Virus record (IMG/VR): IMGVR_UViG_3300042505_000942
Span: 1-50,124 of that record
DNA from: a virus
Lineage: Duplodnaviria; Caudoviricetes
Length of the DNA: 50,124 nt
Direction: 5' to 3' (one strand)
Positions within the stretch are counted from its first letter, which is position 1; every line of letters begins with the position of its first letter. This document shows positions 8,182-15,445 of the stretch, one piece after another. Below the pieces are notes generated by a model. That model searched no databases, was not told the origin of the DNA, and worked only from the letters and a program-made list of their open reading frames with translations. Both the position numbers and the translations under genes were made by a program.

Positions 8182-9718
8182 ACGGAAGAGTCATCACATT
8201 TCTTTTGACAACTTTTCTACGTTCCTTAGGGTCTTTCACTTTGCTCCAGAACACGGGTGCTGCTTGTTTAACTAAGTCACCTGCATTCTTTTTATACTCC
8301 TTAATCTTCTCTACAAGAGCGCTCCTCTCAGGGCTACGAGGTTCTGCATCAAAGATATCTTTCTTGATAACCATTATCTCATCAATCACCACTCTACACT
8401 TCAACTCCAATGCTGGTCCCATTTCCAGAAGCTCATTAGAAACCCTATCCCAAGTCATATCAGCGACATACTTATACAAATCTCCTGGAAACTTTTGAGG
8501 AACTAAATTAACGTAAGGCGCTGTGATTTCGTCACGCGTCAAGGCTGAAAGATGTTGACTTCCATTCGTTGAACCATCAATGAAACACTCCAAACTAGAC
8601 ACGTAGTTGTAAGGCCCTTCAGAGAATCTCATTGCATTTCTAAGCTCAAAACAAGCTGCTAGGAACTGCCAAGGCTTATCAGCCTCCATCCATTTGGTAT
8701 TTATTTTTGGAGAGTCTGCGTAAGAAATAAATACCTCTTCATTATCAACTACCCATTGGTATCTATCTATTAAAGGTATTTTGTCAGACTTTAGCATATC
8801 GAGACGTCCACAAGTGCCGGCCCAATTGTTAGCGAGACTTATACATAACCAAAAGAATCCTTGCTCACCTATCACTTTAGAGTCAGCCCTTAGCAATAGA
8901 CCTTTGGCTAAGTCTTGACCTTGATGGTGAAGATAAGCTGTTGTTACATAAATCCTCCCACGGAAGTCGAGGTAGGCCAAGTGGTAGAAGATTGTGCTGG
9001 TCAACCCATCAGCCATCGATATAACAGTCTGTGCTTCTCTTAGCTTAGATTGCAAAGCTTGCTTATTCTGTTGAGACCAAATATCTCCAAATGCTTCAGC
9101 TTTATTCCTAAGAGCCCAATTGGCGATATTGTGTACAGCGCTGTTTATCCGCCATCCTGTGGACATCATTCTGTTTACGGTATTGTAAATTATAGGATGT
9201 GTTTCTGGAGTGACAGTATCGAGCACGTACTTGTTTTGTGTTTTGATCAACTTTTGACCGGTGTCATGTTTTGATGAAATATAAGGAGAGTAAGGAGATA
9301 GGCTAGGCATAGTGCCACCTGTGGTTTTCGCCACAGTTCTCCAGAGTTCCATGAGGGCATCTTCATCGATAACCTTTATTACATAAGCTTGATTATTGCC
9401 ACGAGATCCAATACATAGCTCCACGATTTCAAGCGCTTCAAAAGAGTATAACAGAAAAGCTCCCAATTTAGTGGCTATAGCTGAGTCTTTCTTTTGTTTG
9501 TAGATCTTCATCGTTTGGTTACCGATGTTGCATACTAAGTCCGTCAGGTATATCTGAGGATTATCCCCTCGCTTAGGCCGTGTAAACATAAACACGGTTG
9601 TGATTAGACGATCGATACACTCATCAACTTTCACCAGACGTATGAATCCGATTTTGTCCCTAGATGTTAACTCTCTGGTTATCCTAGATTTTATATTGAC
9701 TACTAAACGGTTTCTCAT
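8182..9718 (-). CDS. Single-subunit (T7-like) RNA polymerase, exon 1 (spliced product 738 aa)
   Basis: DFRGRIY, ADKPWQFLAAC, motif A DGSTNGSQHLSAL, DLY, motif B RKVVKRNVMTLP| interrupted inside the Tyr codon. Confidence 0.95.
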
Positions 9719-9725
9719 AAAGATC

Positions 9726-9804
<79 letters not shown>

Positions 9805-9851
9805 GTCGCTAGCGAATTATAATCTTTGCAAGAATATACAGCCCAATTATA

Positions 9852-9980
9852 CTAGCGACGGCCATCTTTAGCACCCAGTCTGTGAAGATAGATGATAGTG
9901 GCCAAACCGATAGCTTGGGGTGTCATACCGAATGCGACTACAGCCGCTACAGCAACTACAGCAAATTGCAGTGATTTCAA
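9852..9980 (-). CDS. Small hydrophobic protein (42 aa, TTG start)
   Basis: GAGGAG upstream; MKSLQFAVVAVAAVVAFGMTPQAIGLATIIYLHRLGAKDGRR. Confidence 0.55.
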   Translation of the reverse strand: MKSLQFAVVAVAAVVAFGMTPQAIGLATIIYLHRLGAKDGRR

Positions 9981-10009
9981 AATTGTCTCCTCTATCACTG
10001 CAGATTTTA

Positions 10010-10408
10010 CTATAGTATTATACTATTGCAGCATATCTTTTTCAGTGATTCATAAGTTCTCTTATTAACATAGAACGGTAATGCGGGTACACCCTTTTGA
10101 GCAGGTGAAGTTTCATCAATTACTCTAAACACTAGACAACCATCTACAGTTCTGCGAGTACCATCTAAAATTAACTTAGACGGCGCTAAACGTTTAACTG
10201 AGGGAATATATTCGCCAGTCTTTGATTTGTCTTTTGGAGGATTATACCACCAGCCTCTCAAAGTACATATATCATTGGCTTTTGCAGCTATTATTTCAGC
10301 TTCTAATTCTGCATCTATGTGTTCATTTACTTCTGGAATCTTGCCTCTGAACAGAGCTATCGCCCCCACTACCGCTCCGCCTATCGCGTATAAAATTATC
10401 GGTGCCAT
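10010..10408 (-). CDS. Hypothetical protein with N-terminal TM helix
   Basis: Start MAPIILYAIGGAVVGAIALF after AAGGGG. Confidence 0.65.
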   Translation of the reverse strand: MAPIILYAIGGAVVGAIALFRGKIPEVNEHIDAELEAEIIAAKANDICTLRGWWYNPPKDKSKTGEYIPSVKRLAPSKLILDGTRRTVDGCLVFRVIDETSPAQKGVPALPFYVNKRTYESLKKICCNSIIL

Positions 10409-10470
10409 TGTTGTATCCCCTTGGAAATTAAAATTAAACAAGTTTATAGACTTTATAAAGGTCTTGTATT

Positions 10471-10899
10471 CTAGATAACTAGCCTTGTTGTATATTTAGG
10501 CTTTACCACACATTCCTCACAAATATGGATATGCTTATTCTCCATACTGCTGAAATGATAGAAATAGTCGAATCTTGACATGCCGCCACAGTCATCACAC
10601 ATCCCATATTCCTCAGTGACACCGTCGGTAGAGATATACCCGATCCCGTCACCAATGTGGTGGAACAGGTGTGTATACTCCGATACCAATTCGGTAGACG
10701 TAGTAACCGCCCAATAACCGCCAGCAGTAATCCTAGGCAATGTATCGAGTGTGAACTTGACGGAAGGCGCCAACACGATTCTGCCTCTTACCCCAAACTC
10801 AATATCATTGAGTCTTAATAACACACTTACCGCCGCAGCATCTGCGCTCGCAACTGTTACGGTCAATTGTTGGTCTTTATTTTTTCTTAAAACTAGCAT
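10471..10899 (-). CDS. Hypothetical protein with C-terminal Zn-finger-like Cys pairs
   Basis: Start MLVLRK after AGGGGT; CDDC...CEEC; the upstream ORF-track extension runs through RNA structures. Confidence 0.65.
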   Translation of the reverse strand: MLVLRKNKDQQLTVTVASADAAAVSVLLRLNDIEFGVRGRIVLAPSVKFTLDTLPRITAGGYWAVTTSTELVSEYTHLFHHIGDGIGYISTDGVTEEYGMCDDCGGMSRFDYFYHFSSMENKHIHICEECVVKPKYTTRLVI

Positions 10900-10912
10900 A
10901 ATTGTACCCCTA

Positions 10913-10965
10913 ATTGTTTCGCCCTTCTGGAGCTCGTCAGGATGCCTACAGCAGACATCTACAAT
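10913..10965 (-). ncRNA. Hammerhead ribozyme, type III (HH2)
   Basis: AUUGUA^GAUGUCU-GCUGU-AGGCAUC CUGACGA GCUC-CAGAA-GGGC GAA ACAAU; all core nucleotides and three stems present. Confidence 0.9.
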
Positions 10966-10993
10966 AAAAAGATGGGCCTCCCTAAAGAGGCCC
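10966..10993 (-). terminator. Intrinsic terminator directly 5' of HH2
   Basis: GGGCCUC-UUUAGG-GAGGCCC-AUCUUUUU. Confidence 0.7.
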
Positions 10994-10996
10994 GAA

Positions 10997-11035
10997 TGGT
11001 TGCGGAGGTAGCGCAAACAGAAACCCACTCCTGCG
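10997..11035 (-). ncRNA. tRNA-fMet-like minihelix or pseudo-tRNA remnant ending in ACCA
   Basis: CGCAGGAGUGG...CUACCUCCGCAACCA; ends resemble initiator tRNA termini; no D or anticodon arms. Confidence 0.3.
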
Positions 11036-11049
11036 AATAGGTTTAATTT

Positions 11050-11196
11050 TCAACCTCTCATCTCAAATCTCAAATGGTCTCTCAACTTCCAAGAAGTCTT
11101 TGCTGCTTTCTTTGATCTTTCTTGGAGAAGACCTACCGCAAGCAGAACCACACATACTAATGCGGGAGATATCAATAGTACAATCCTGATATCCAT
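11050..11196 (-). CDS. Small membrane protein (48 aa)
   Basis: MDIRIVLLISPALVCVVLLAVGLL + basic tail; GGAG upstream. Confidence 0.6.
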   Translation of the reverse strand: MDIRIVLLISPALVCVVLLAVGLLQERSKKAAKTSWKLRDHLRFEMRG

Positions 11197-11198
11197 AA

Positions 11199-11411
11199 CT
11201 ACTCCATTGTCGCTAAACAGTATTGTGACCAGCATACATCTTCATGCATGCCCATTTCTAATGACTGAATGAACTCTACCAATGGATTAGATATCTGTCC
11301 TCCTTTGAAGGTAGACCAATTTATTGTCAAGATCACTTCACAACGATTGTTTCTCGACGCGTTTGTTCTTGTGACTTTGTAACCTTCTACAGCATACGTT
11401 CTTGATTCCAT
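11199..11411 (-). CDS. Hypothetical protein (70 aa, start MESRTY)
   Basis: GGAGAG upstream, just 3' of HH1. Confidence 0.6.
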   Translation of the reverse strand: MESRTYAVEGYKVTRTNASRNNRCEVILTINWSTFKGGQISNPLVEFIQSLEMGMHEDVCWSQYCLATME

Positions 11412-11425
11412 TTTAACTCTCCAAA

Positions 11426-11477
11426 TATGTTTCGTCCTACTGGGACTCATCAGTGAAAGCAAACACTTTCATACACA
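11426..11477 (-). ncRNA. Hammerhead ribozyme, type III (HH1)
   Basis: UGUGUA^UGAAAG-UGUUUG-CUUUCA CUGAUGA GUCC-CAGUA-GGAC GAA ACAUA; complete core and stems. Confidence 0.92.
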
Positions 11478-11505
11478 GGGCAGTTTAAAGACCTACCCAG
11501 GTCTC
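11478..11505 (-). ncRNA. Compact H-type pseudoknot motif, copy 1, abutting HH1
   Basis: GAGACC-UGGGUA-GGUCUU-UAAAC-UGCCC: S1 GAGACC/GGUCUU, S2 GGGUA/UGCCC. Confidence 0.6.
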
Positions 11506-11509
11506 TCAA

Positions 11510-11659
11510 TCAACTAGCCCACACTCTGTTGTAGAACTCCATCTCTTTATTAGCCTTGTTGCGTTCTTCCGCTATTTGATTCATCGCCATAGCGATAGTG
11601 TCTTCAAGACGTTCTTCCAAGCTGCGTGTGTCTTTTATCAATACTAATTCTTCGTTCAT
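11510..11659 (-). CDS. Small helical protein (49 aa), below track cutoff
   Basis: MNEELVLIKDTRSLEERLEDTIAMAMNQIAEERNKANKEMEFYNRVWAS; AAGGA upstream. Confidence 0.6.
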   Translation of the reverse strand: MNEELVLIKDTRSLEERLEDTIAMAMNQIAEERNKANKEMEFYNRVWAS

Positions 11660-11663
11660 TTTC

Positions 11664-11945
11664 TTATCCTTGTAGTTTCAATAGATCTGTTTTTAATTGG
11701 TTAGCTTCGATTATAAACCAGCCTTTCGTGAATTCATAAAACCTTTCTTCGTTAATCACATACCAGCCTTTTCTGTAGGCCATAGCCAGTAACTCGCTAG
11801 CGTTTGTGATACTCATAGGTCCTTCACCCGGATGCTCAAACTCAACATCCCTATCCTGCGAGAAGTAAAACACTTCCAACCGCGCTCTATAACGAGCCGC
11901 CATACTTACATTGATTTCTAACTTTGTTCTTGATAGTAATAACAT
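11664..11945 (-). CDS. Hypothetical protein
   Basis: 93 aa, AAGGGG upstream, first gene after candidate promoter. Confidence 0.65.
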   Translation of the reverse strand: MLLLSRTKLEINVSMAARYRARLEVFYFSQDRDVEFEHPGEGPMSITNASELLAMAYRKGWYVINEERFYEFTKGWFIIEANQLKTDLLKLQG

Positions 11946-11981
11946 TTGATTTCCCCTTGGAGTATTGAGGTACCTTATTGT

Positions 11982-12010
11982 ACTTCATATAAGATACCTC
12001 GTTTGTCGCG
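11982..12010 (-). promoter_or_regulatory. Candidate phage-RNAP promoter, copy A
   Basis: CGCGacAAAcgagGTATCTTATATGAAGT; 16-bp core identical to 13980-13995, CGCG and AAA at identical offsets. Confidence 0.6.
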
Positions 12011-12012
12011 CT

Positions 12013-12168
12013 CTATTTACCTAACTCTGACACTATGATTTCTAGCAATTCATCACATGCCTTCTTCATTTCAAAATACCCATTGCCATCGTCTTTGGCA
12101 TCATTTACCATTGCCGCAGTAAAAATTAAAATGGACTTCAAATTGTATAACTGATCTGGTGTAAACAT
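12013..12168 (-). CDS. Small hypothetical protein (51 aa), below track cutoff
   Basis: MFTPDQLYNLKSILIF...; TAATG coupling, AGGAG upstream. Confidence 0.55.
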   Translation of the reverse strand: MFTPDQLYNLKSILIFTAAMVNDAKDDGNGYFEMKKACDELLEIIVSELGK

Positions 12169-12593
12169 TATAAATCTCCTGCTGTGTAGGCATCACTCGC
12201 TTCTTCTGCTGAAGCGAAATAACCTAAATATTTGCCATTACGTCTTGCCGAAAACTTCGTGCGATTCTGCGACACTCCTATAGGTAGTGCCCGTTTCTCA
12301 CTCGCACGCAGCTGTGCACGAGTACGCAACGTCAAGTTTTCTATTCGGAGGTCATGCCCATTGTGGTTCAGTGGCACAACGAAGAGCGCCTCCGGGATAC
12401 TTCCATGAAACATACGCCACACTATACGGTTGGCCTGATATTTGTTTCCACAGAAAGTGATTATGGTGTACCTGCCGGTAGTAGTGCCGGCCCGTGCGCC
12501 CTCTCGCATCTTCCGCCCTATGTTGCTGGTCCAGAAGAGATGTCCATCTCTGTATCTCAGTAGTGTCATTAACTCTTTTGGTATTGCTTTCAT
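12168..12593 (-). CDS. HNH-AP2-like protein with degenerate active site
   Basis: Same scaffold as the other HNHs (RAGT..Y...NRIVWRMFHGSIP...RIENL...GV...YLGYF..AEEA) but VPLN where DHID is expected. Confidence 0.7.
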   Translation of the reverse strand: MKAIPKELMTLLRYRDGHLFWTSNIGRKMREGARAGTTTGRYTIITFCGNKYQANRIVWRMFHGSIPEALFVVPLNHNGHDLRIENLTLRTRAQLRASEKRALPIGVSQNRTKFSARRNGKYLGYFASAEEASDAYTAGDL

Positions 12594-12608
12594 TCTAGCC
12601 CTTTGGAT

Positions 12609-12634
12609 TAAAAAGGGAGCCCCGAAGGACTCCC
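12609..12634 (-). terminator. Intrinsic terminator after cell-wall hydrolase
   Basis: GGGAGUCC-UUCG-GGGCUCCC-UUUU. Confidence 0.85.
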
Positions 12635-12639
12635 AGTTG

Positions 12640-13008
12640 TTAATAAAATACTAAATCTCCGATATGCACCAATGGCACTTCGGACTTAAATCTGCGTCCA
12701 AGCCTGCTTTCATTGAAGTAATAATACTTCCCTTTTAGCTTTTTGGACTTTAACCCTTTACTAAGCATAGCATTAGCTATTTGTTTCTGCTTAGCGTATA
12801 CCTCTTTGTCAAGCGGCTTCTTAGGATCGGGGTGTTTTCCTTTCTTAGTCTGCCACTTGAACCTCCCGGGTTTGACTGCCTTGCACACAGTAGTTTTGTC
12901 ATGGTGCGAATGTTCAATGACCACTTGCCCCACAGCCACCATAGTTTCCTTAGGCTGGTTGCGAGACTCAAAGAACATCGCTCCAGCTAAACATGCTTCT
13001 GCTAGCAT
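12640..13008 (-). CDS. SleB/Hydrolase_2-like cell-wall hydrolase
   Basis: CLAGAMFFESRNQP...AVGQVV...TVC..V....F.W...YYF...IGDLVFY. Confidence 0.78.
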   Translation of the reverse strand: MLAEACLAGAMFFESRNQPKETMVAVGQVVIEHSHHDKTTVCKAVKPGRFKWQTKKGKHPDPKKPLDKEVYAKQKQIANAMLSKGLKSKKLKGKYYYFNESRLGRRFKSEVPLVHIGDLVFY

Positions 13009-13038
13009 ATTCCCCCCATAAAGACTCGTAGTAAATCA

Positions 13039-13941
13039 CTACGCAGATGTGTTTACAAAGAACTGTAAGCTATGAGTATCATTTGAGAAAATGATATTGT
13101 CATCAATGACAGTTAACTTTGTAAAGATATCCAACGGAGTTTTCAACCGTCTTTGTACGTTGTCCATCACGCTTGTCTGAAGGTTTTCTTTACGAAGACC
13201 ACTTGCACTTGCAAGCACCTTTGTTTTAGACGAGATTACAAACGCTATATACGCAGGAGAAGTTATCACTATATCTTCGAAGTGGTTTCTCAACATAATT
13301 CCAAGCTGTTCTCTGGAATACTTAACCGATTCGACTTCACCATCCGCAAGCAAGTCACCTTCCACTTGCTTAAATTCAGCCCAAAACTTGCGGAAGTCAG
13401 AGCTAGATGTCAAGGCCTTTTTTGCGATAGCTTTGACCTGTGCACTCCACGGGTATAGCGGACCTCTGACCTTACGCAAAGCACCTTGGCTAAACTTAAG
13501 GTCTCCATATGCAGAGACAGCTCTGCTGGTGCCGTCACTAAATAGTAGATTACCTACACCAGAACCCACATTACGTCTGTCCAGTGAGATTACTTCTTTT
13601 GAGCCTACAAACAGATGATACATCGATAGCCTTGCATCGAAATCCACACGACAGCTGATTTTGAAAGTGGTCGCCATTTTTCTAGCCAACTCTGGATCTT
13701 GTTCGCGTACCCAGAGAGGTAACGTGAATACATCCAAAGGAAGTTCGGACTCACGTGGCTCCATGTCAAACTCTATCTTTTGTAGGAATGGAGTTTCAAC
13801 TCCAATAAGAGAACTTCCATTCTCAAGATAGATATTAGTCTTACCAACAGAATCGCCGATAGTCGCAATTGCTTCAGTACCGATAGATAACACATTGGTT
13901 GTCGCCAATACTAATAATTCCAAATGACTTTTTACTTGCAT
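13039..13941 (-). CDS. Hypothetical protein (300 aa)
   Basis: Long ORF, GGAGAG upstream, first gene after promoter copy B; no motif recognised. Confidence 0.75.
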   Translation of the reverse strand: MQVKSHLELLVLATTNVLSIGTEAIATIGDSVGKTNIYLENGSSLIGVETPFLQKIEFDMEPRESELPLDVFTLPLWVREQDPELARKMATTFKISCRVDFDARLSMYHLFVGSKEVISLDRRNVGSGVGNLLFSDGTSRAVSAYGDLKFSQGALRKVRGPLYPWSAQVKAIAKKALTSSSDFRKFWAEFKQVEGDLLADGEVESVKYSREQLGIMLRNHFEDIVITSPAYIAFVISSKTKVLASASGLRKENLQTSVMDNVQRRLKTPLDIFTKLTVIDDNIIFSNDTHSLQFFVNTSA

Positions 13942-13979
13942 AATACTCTCCAGTCAGAAGCTGAGCGGGATTGCTCTTC

Positions 13980-14008
13980 ACTTCATATAAGATACTCTAT
14001 TTTCCGCG
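13980..14008 (-). promoter_or_regulatory. Candidate phage-RNAP promoter, copy B
   Basis: CGCGgaAAAtagaGTATCTTATATGAAGT. Confidence 0.6.
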
Positions 14009-14227
14009 TTTAATTACCACAGTAGCGCTTGCCCAGTGCAGGAATGTATCGCTCCAAATGGCGATAGTTACGGCGCTATTCAGGATAGGTGTAAGTGTGA
14101 TAATAAGTATTGGGATAAGTAGTAATACATCTAATAGAGTGATTTCATTAGCACTCCAATTAGGAGCCAGAAGTTTGTACACTTCATATATACTGACTAA
14201 ATACCCAAGGATTGCCAAATATATCAT
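13997..14227 (-). CDS. Small membrane protein
   Basis: Two hydrophobic stretches, basic C-terminus; ATGA overlap with upstream gene. Confidence 0.55.
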   Translation of the reverse strand: MIYLAILGYLVSIYEVYKLLAPNWSANEITLLDVLLLIPILIITLTPILNSAVTIAIWSDTFLHWASATVVIKRGK

Positions 14228-14496
14228 CGGATTGCCTTTAATTTCAAAGTACCTATACTGTCAGACTTCTTAGACTCTCTGACCACTTTCCAACCTTCCG
14301 GTACATCACCTTTGTGATATATCCATATCAATAAGTAAGAGGAATAGCGTTTACCAGCTATCTCTATCTTTGTGTAGTCATTATAAGTGGTGCCTGCCTT
14401 CTGACCTTTTTTAACAGGACGGGTTGCCGAGTGCCTATAATATAAGGCACCTTCTCTGTAGACAAATAAGCGTCTCAATTCTTCTTTAGTAATCAT
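14224..14496 (-). CDS. Truncated/degenerate HNH-like protein
   Basis: EELRRLFVY..G.LY....KAGT...Y..I.I.GKRY...LIWIYHKG.VPEG typical of HNH N-terminus; catalytic H-N-H absent. Confidence 0.6.
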   Translation of the reverse strand: MITKEELRRLFVYREGALYYRHSATRPVKKGQKAGTTYNDYTKIEIAGKRYSSYLLIWIYHKGDVPEGWKVVRESKKSDSIGTLKLKAIR

Positions 14497-14614
14497 GGTA
14501 TTAATAGGGAATAATAATAAGGGACTATATACGTCTGGGTACCATTTGGTATTAATTCGTATATCTTAGGGGGAGCCTTGGGGTTCTTTAATCTAACAGT
14601 TTGGTGGCCCACCG

Positions 14615-14715
14615 GCCCATGAACGGCGAGACCTGCGGGGGAGCACAAAACGGCCCATGCCCCGCATGACCTGCGGACGGTCCCACTGCAGCCCATGAAC
14701 GGCGAGGCCTGCGGG
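14615..14715. repeat. Three 25-bp direct repeats with exact 38-bp period in a GC-rich non-coding island
   Basis: 14615 gcccatgaacggcgagacctgcggg; 14653 gcccatgccccgcatgacctgcgga; 14691 gcccatgaacggcgaggcctgcggg. Confidence 0.85.
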
Positions 14716-14802
14716 ACACCCAAAATCGCCGCGTGTGACGCGCAAAATTTTCGGCTGGCTGTCGCATCAGCGTGCAAAAAACGTGCCACACGCGCCCAAA
14801 TT

Positions 14803-15441
14803 TCACAAATTTTTGATACACTCAACGTAGGATTTCACAAAGTGATTTCCGAACTCGTAATCTCCAAATAAGCGTAACACCCAACGTTTCCATAAGGAAC
14901 ACTCTAACAAGCTACCATCAGGGGCGATGAACATTAGTTTCCCATGGTGTTTAAAAGGCCAGAAAGGCAGCATCGGGACTGGATCATATGCCCTTGCCCA
15001 TCTATAGTGAGTTACGCCTTCCAAGTCTTTTTGTACACACCTCATACCTACTCTAGGTGAGCCGTATGTATACAATGTTGTGCGAGCATTCTTAAATCGG
15101 GATGCTAAGATAGTTGATACAGCGCCGCCTAGGGAATGTCCTGTGAACACTATCGGTATTGTGCTGTCTAGTAGCCACTCTAAGTTTTCGGATATTGCAT
15201 CTGCATATAGTTTGAATCCCATATGCCACCCATCATCGGGAATGAGTATCGAATCTGCCAAAAGGTCTTTCACCGAAGCGATCTCAGTACCTCTACACAC
15301 AACAATTTGAAGATCGTTGGATTTTAATAGGAATGCCTGTGCATCACCTGAGCTTATATTATAGGTTATAAAACCCGGCAATGTTACAGTATCATTGTAA
15401 GCTTGTTCTGATACCTCTGCGAACAATAGATTGTTTTTCAT
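14803..15441 (-). CDS. Class 3 lipase (alpha/beta hydrolase)
   Basis: VCRGT, H.GF, VFTGHSLGGA, YTYGSPRVG, DPVPMLP, C-terminal His (NHFVKSY). Confidence 0.92.
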   Translation of the reverse strand: MKNNLLFAEVSEQAYNDTVTLPGFITYNISSGDAQAFLLKSNDLQIVVCRGTEIASVKDLLADSILIPDDGWHMGFKLYADAISENLEWLLDSTIPIVFTGHSLGGAVSTILASRFKNARTTLYTYGSPRVGMRCVQKDLEGVTHYRWARAYDPVPMLPFWPFKHHGKLMFIAPDGSLLECSLWKRWVLRLFGDYEFGNHFVKSYVECIKNL

Positions 15442-15445
15442 TATA

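Noticed and set aside
6766-9718. Two-subunit (N4 RNAPII-like) or pseudogenised RNA polymerase
   Set aside because: Exact group I splice junctions restore an intact motif B in frame
10900-11028. N-terminal extension of the 185-aa ORF (likewise 11412-11462 of the 87-aa ORF)
   Set aside because: These overlap hammerheads and a terminator; good SD-ATG starts lie downstream
10997-11035. Functional full-length tRNA gene
   Set aside because: Only 39 nt, with no D, anticodon or canonical T arm; kept only as a tRNA-like curiosity
13997-14227. Holin call
   Set aside because: Only hydrophobicity supports it; it is not adjacent to the hydrolase and lies upstream of the promoter serving it
14615-14715. 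Mini-CRISPR array
   Set aside because: Spacers are only 13 bp, the middle repeat is degenerate, repeats are not palindromic and no cas genes are present
14493-14825. ORF-track proteins of 110 aa and 77 aa across the GC-rich island
   Set aside because: They run through DNA repeats with atypical composition and no clear SD; better explained as non-coding
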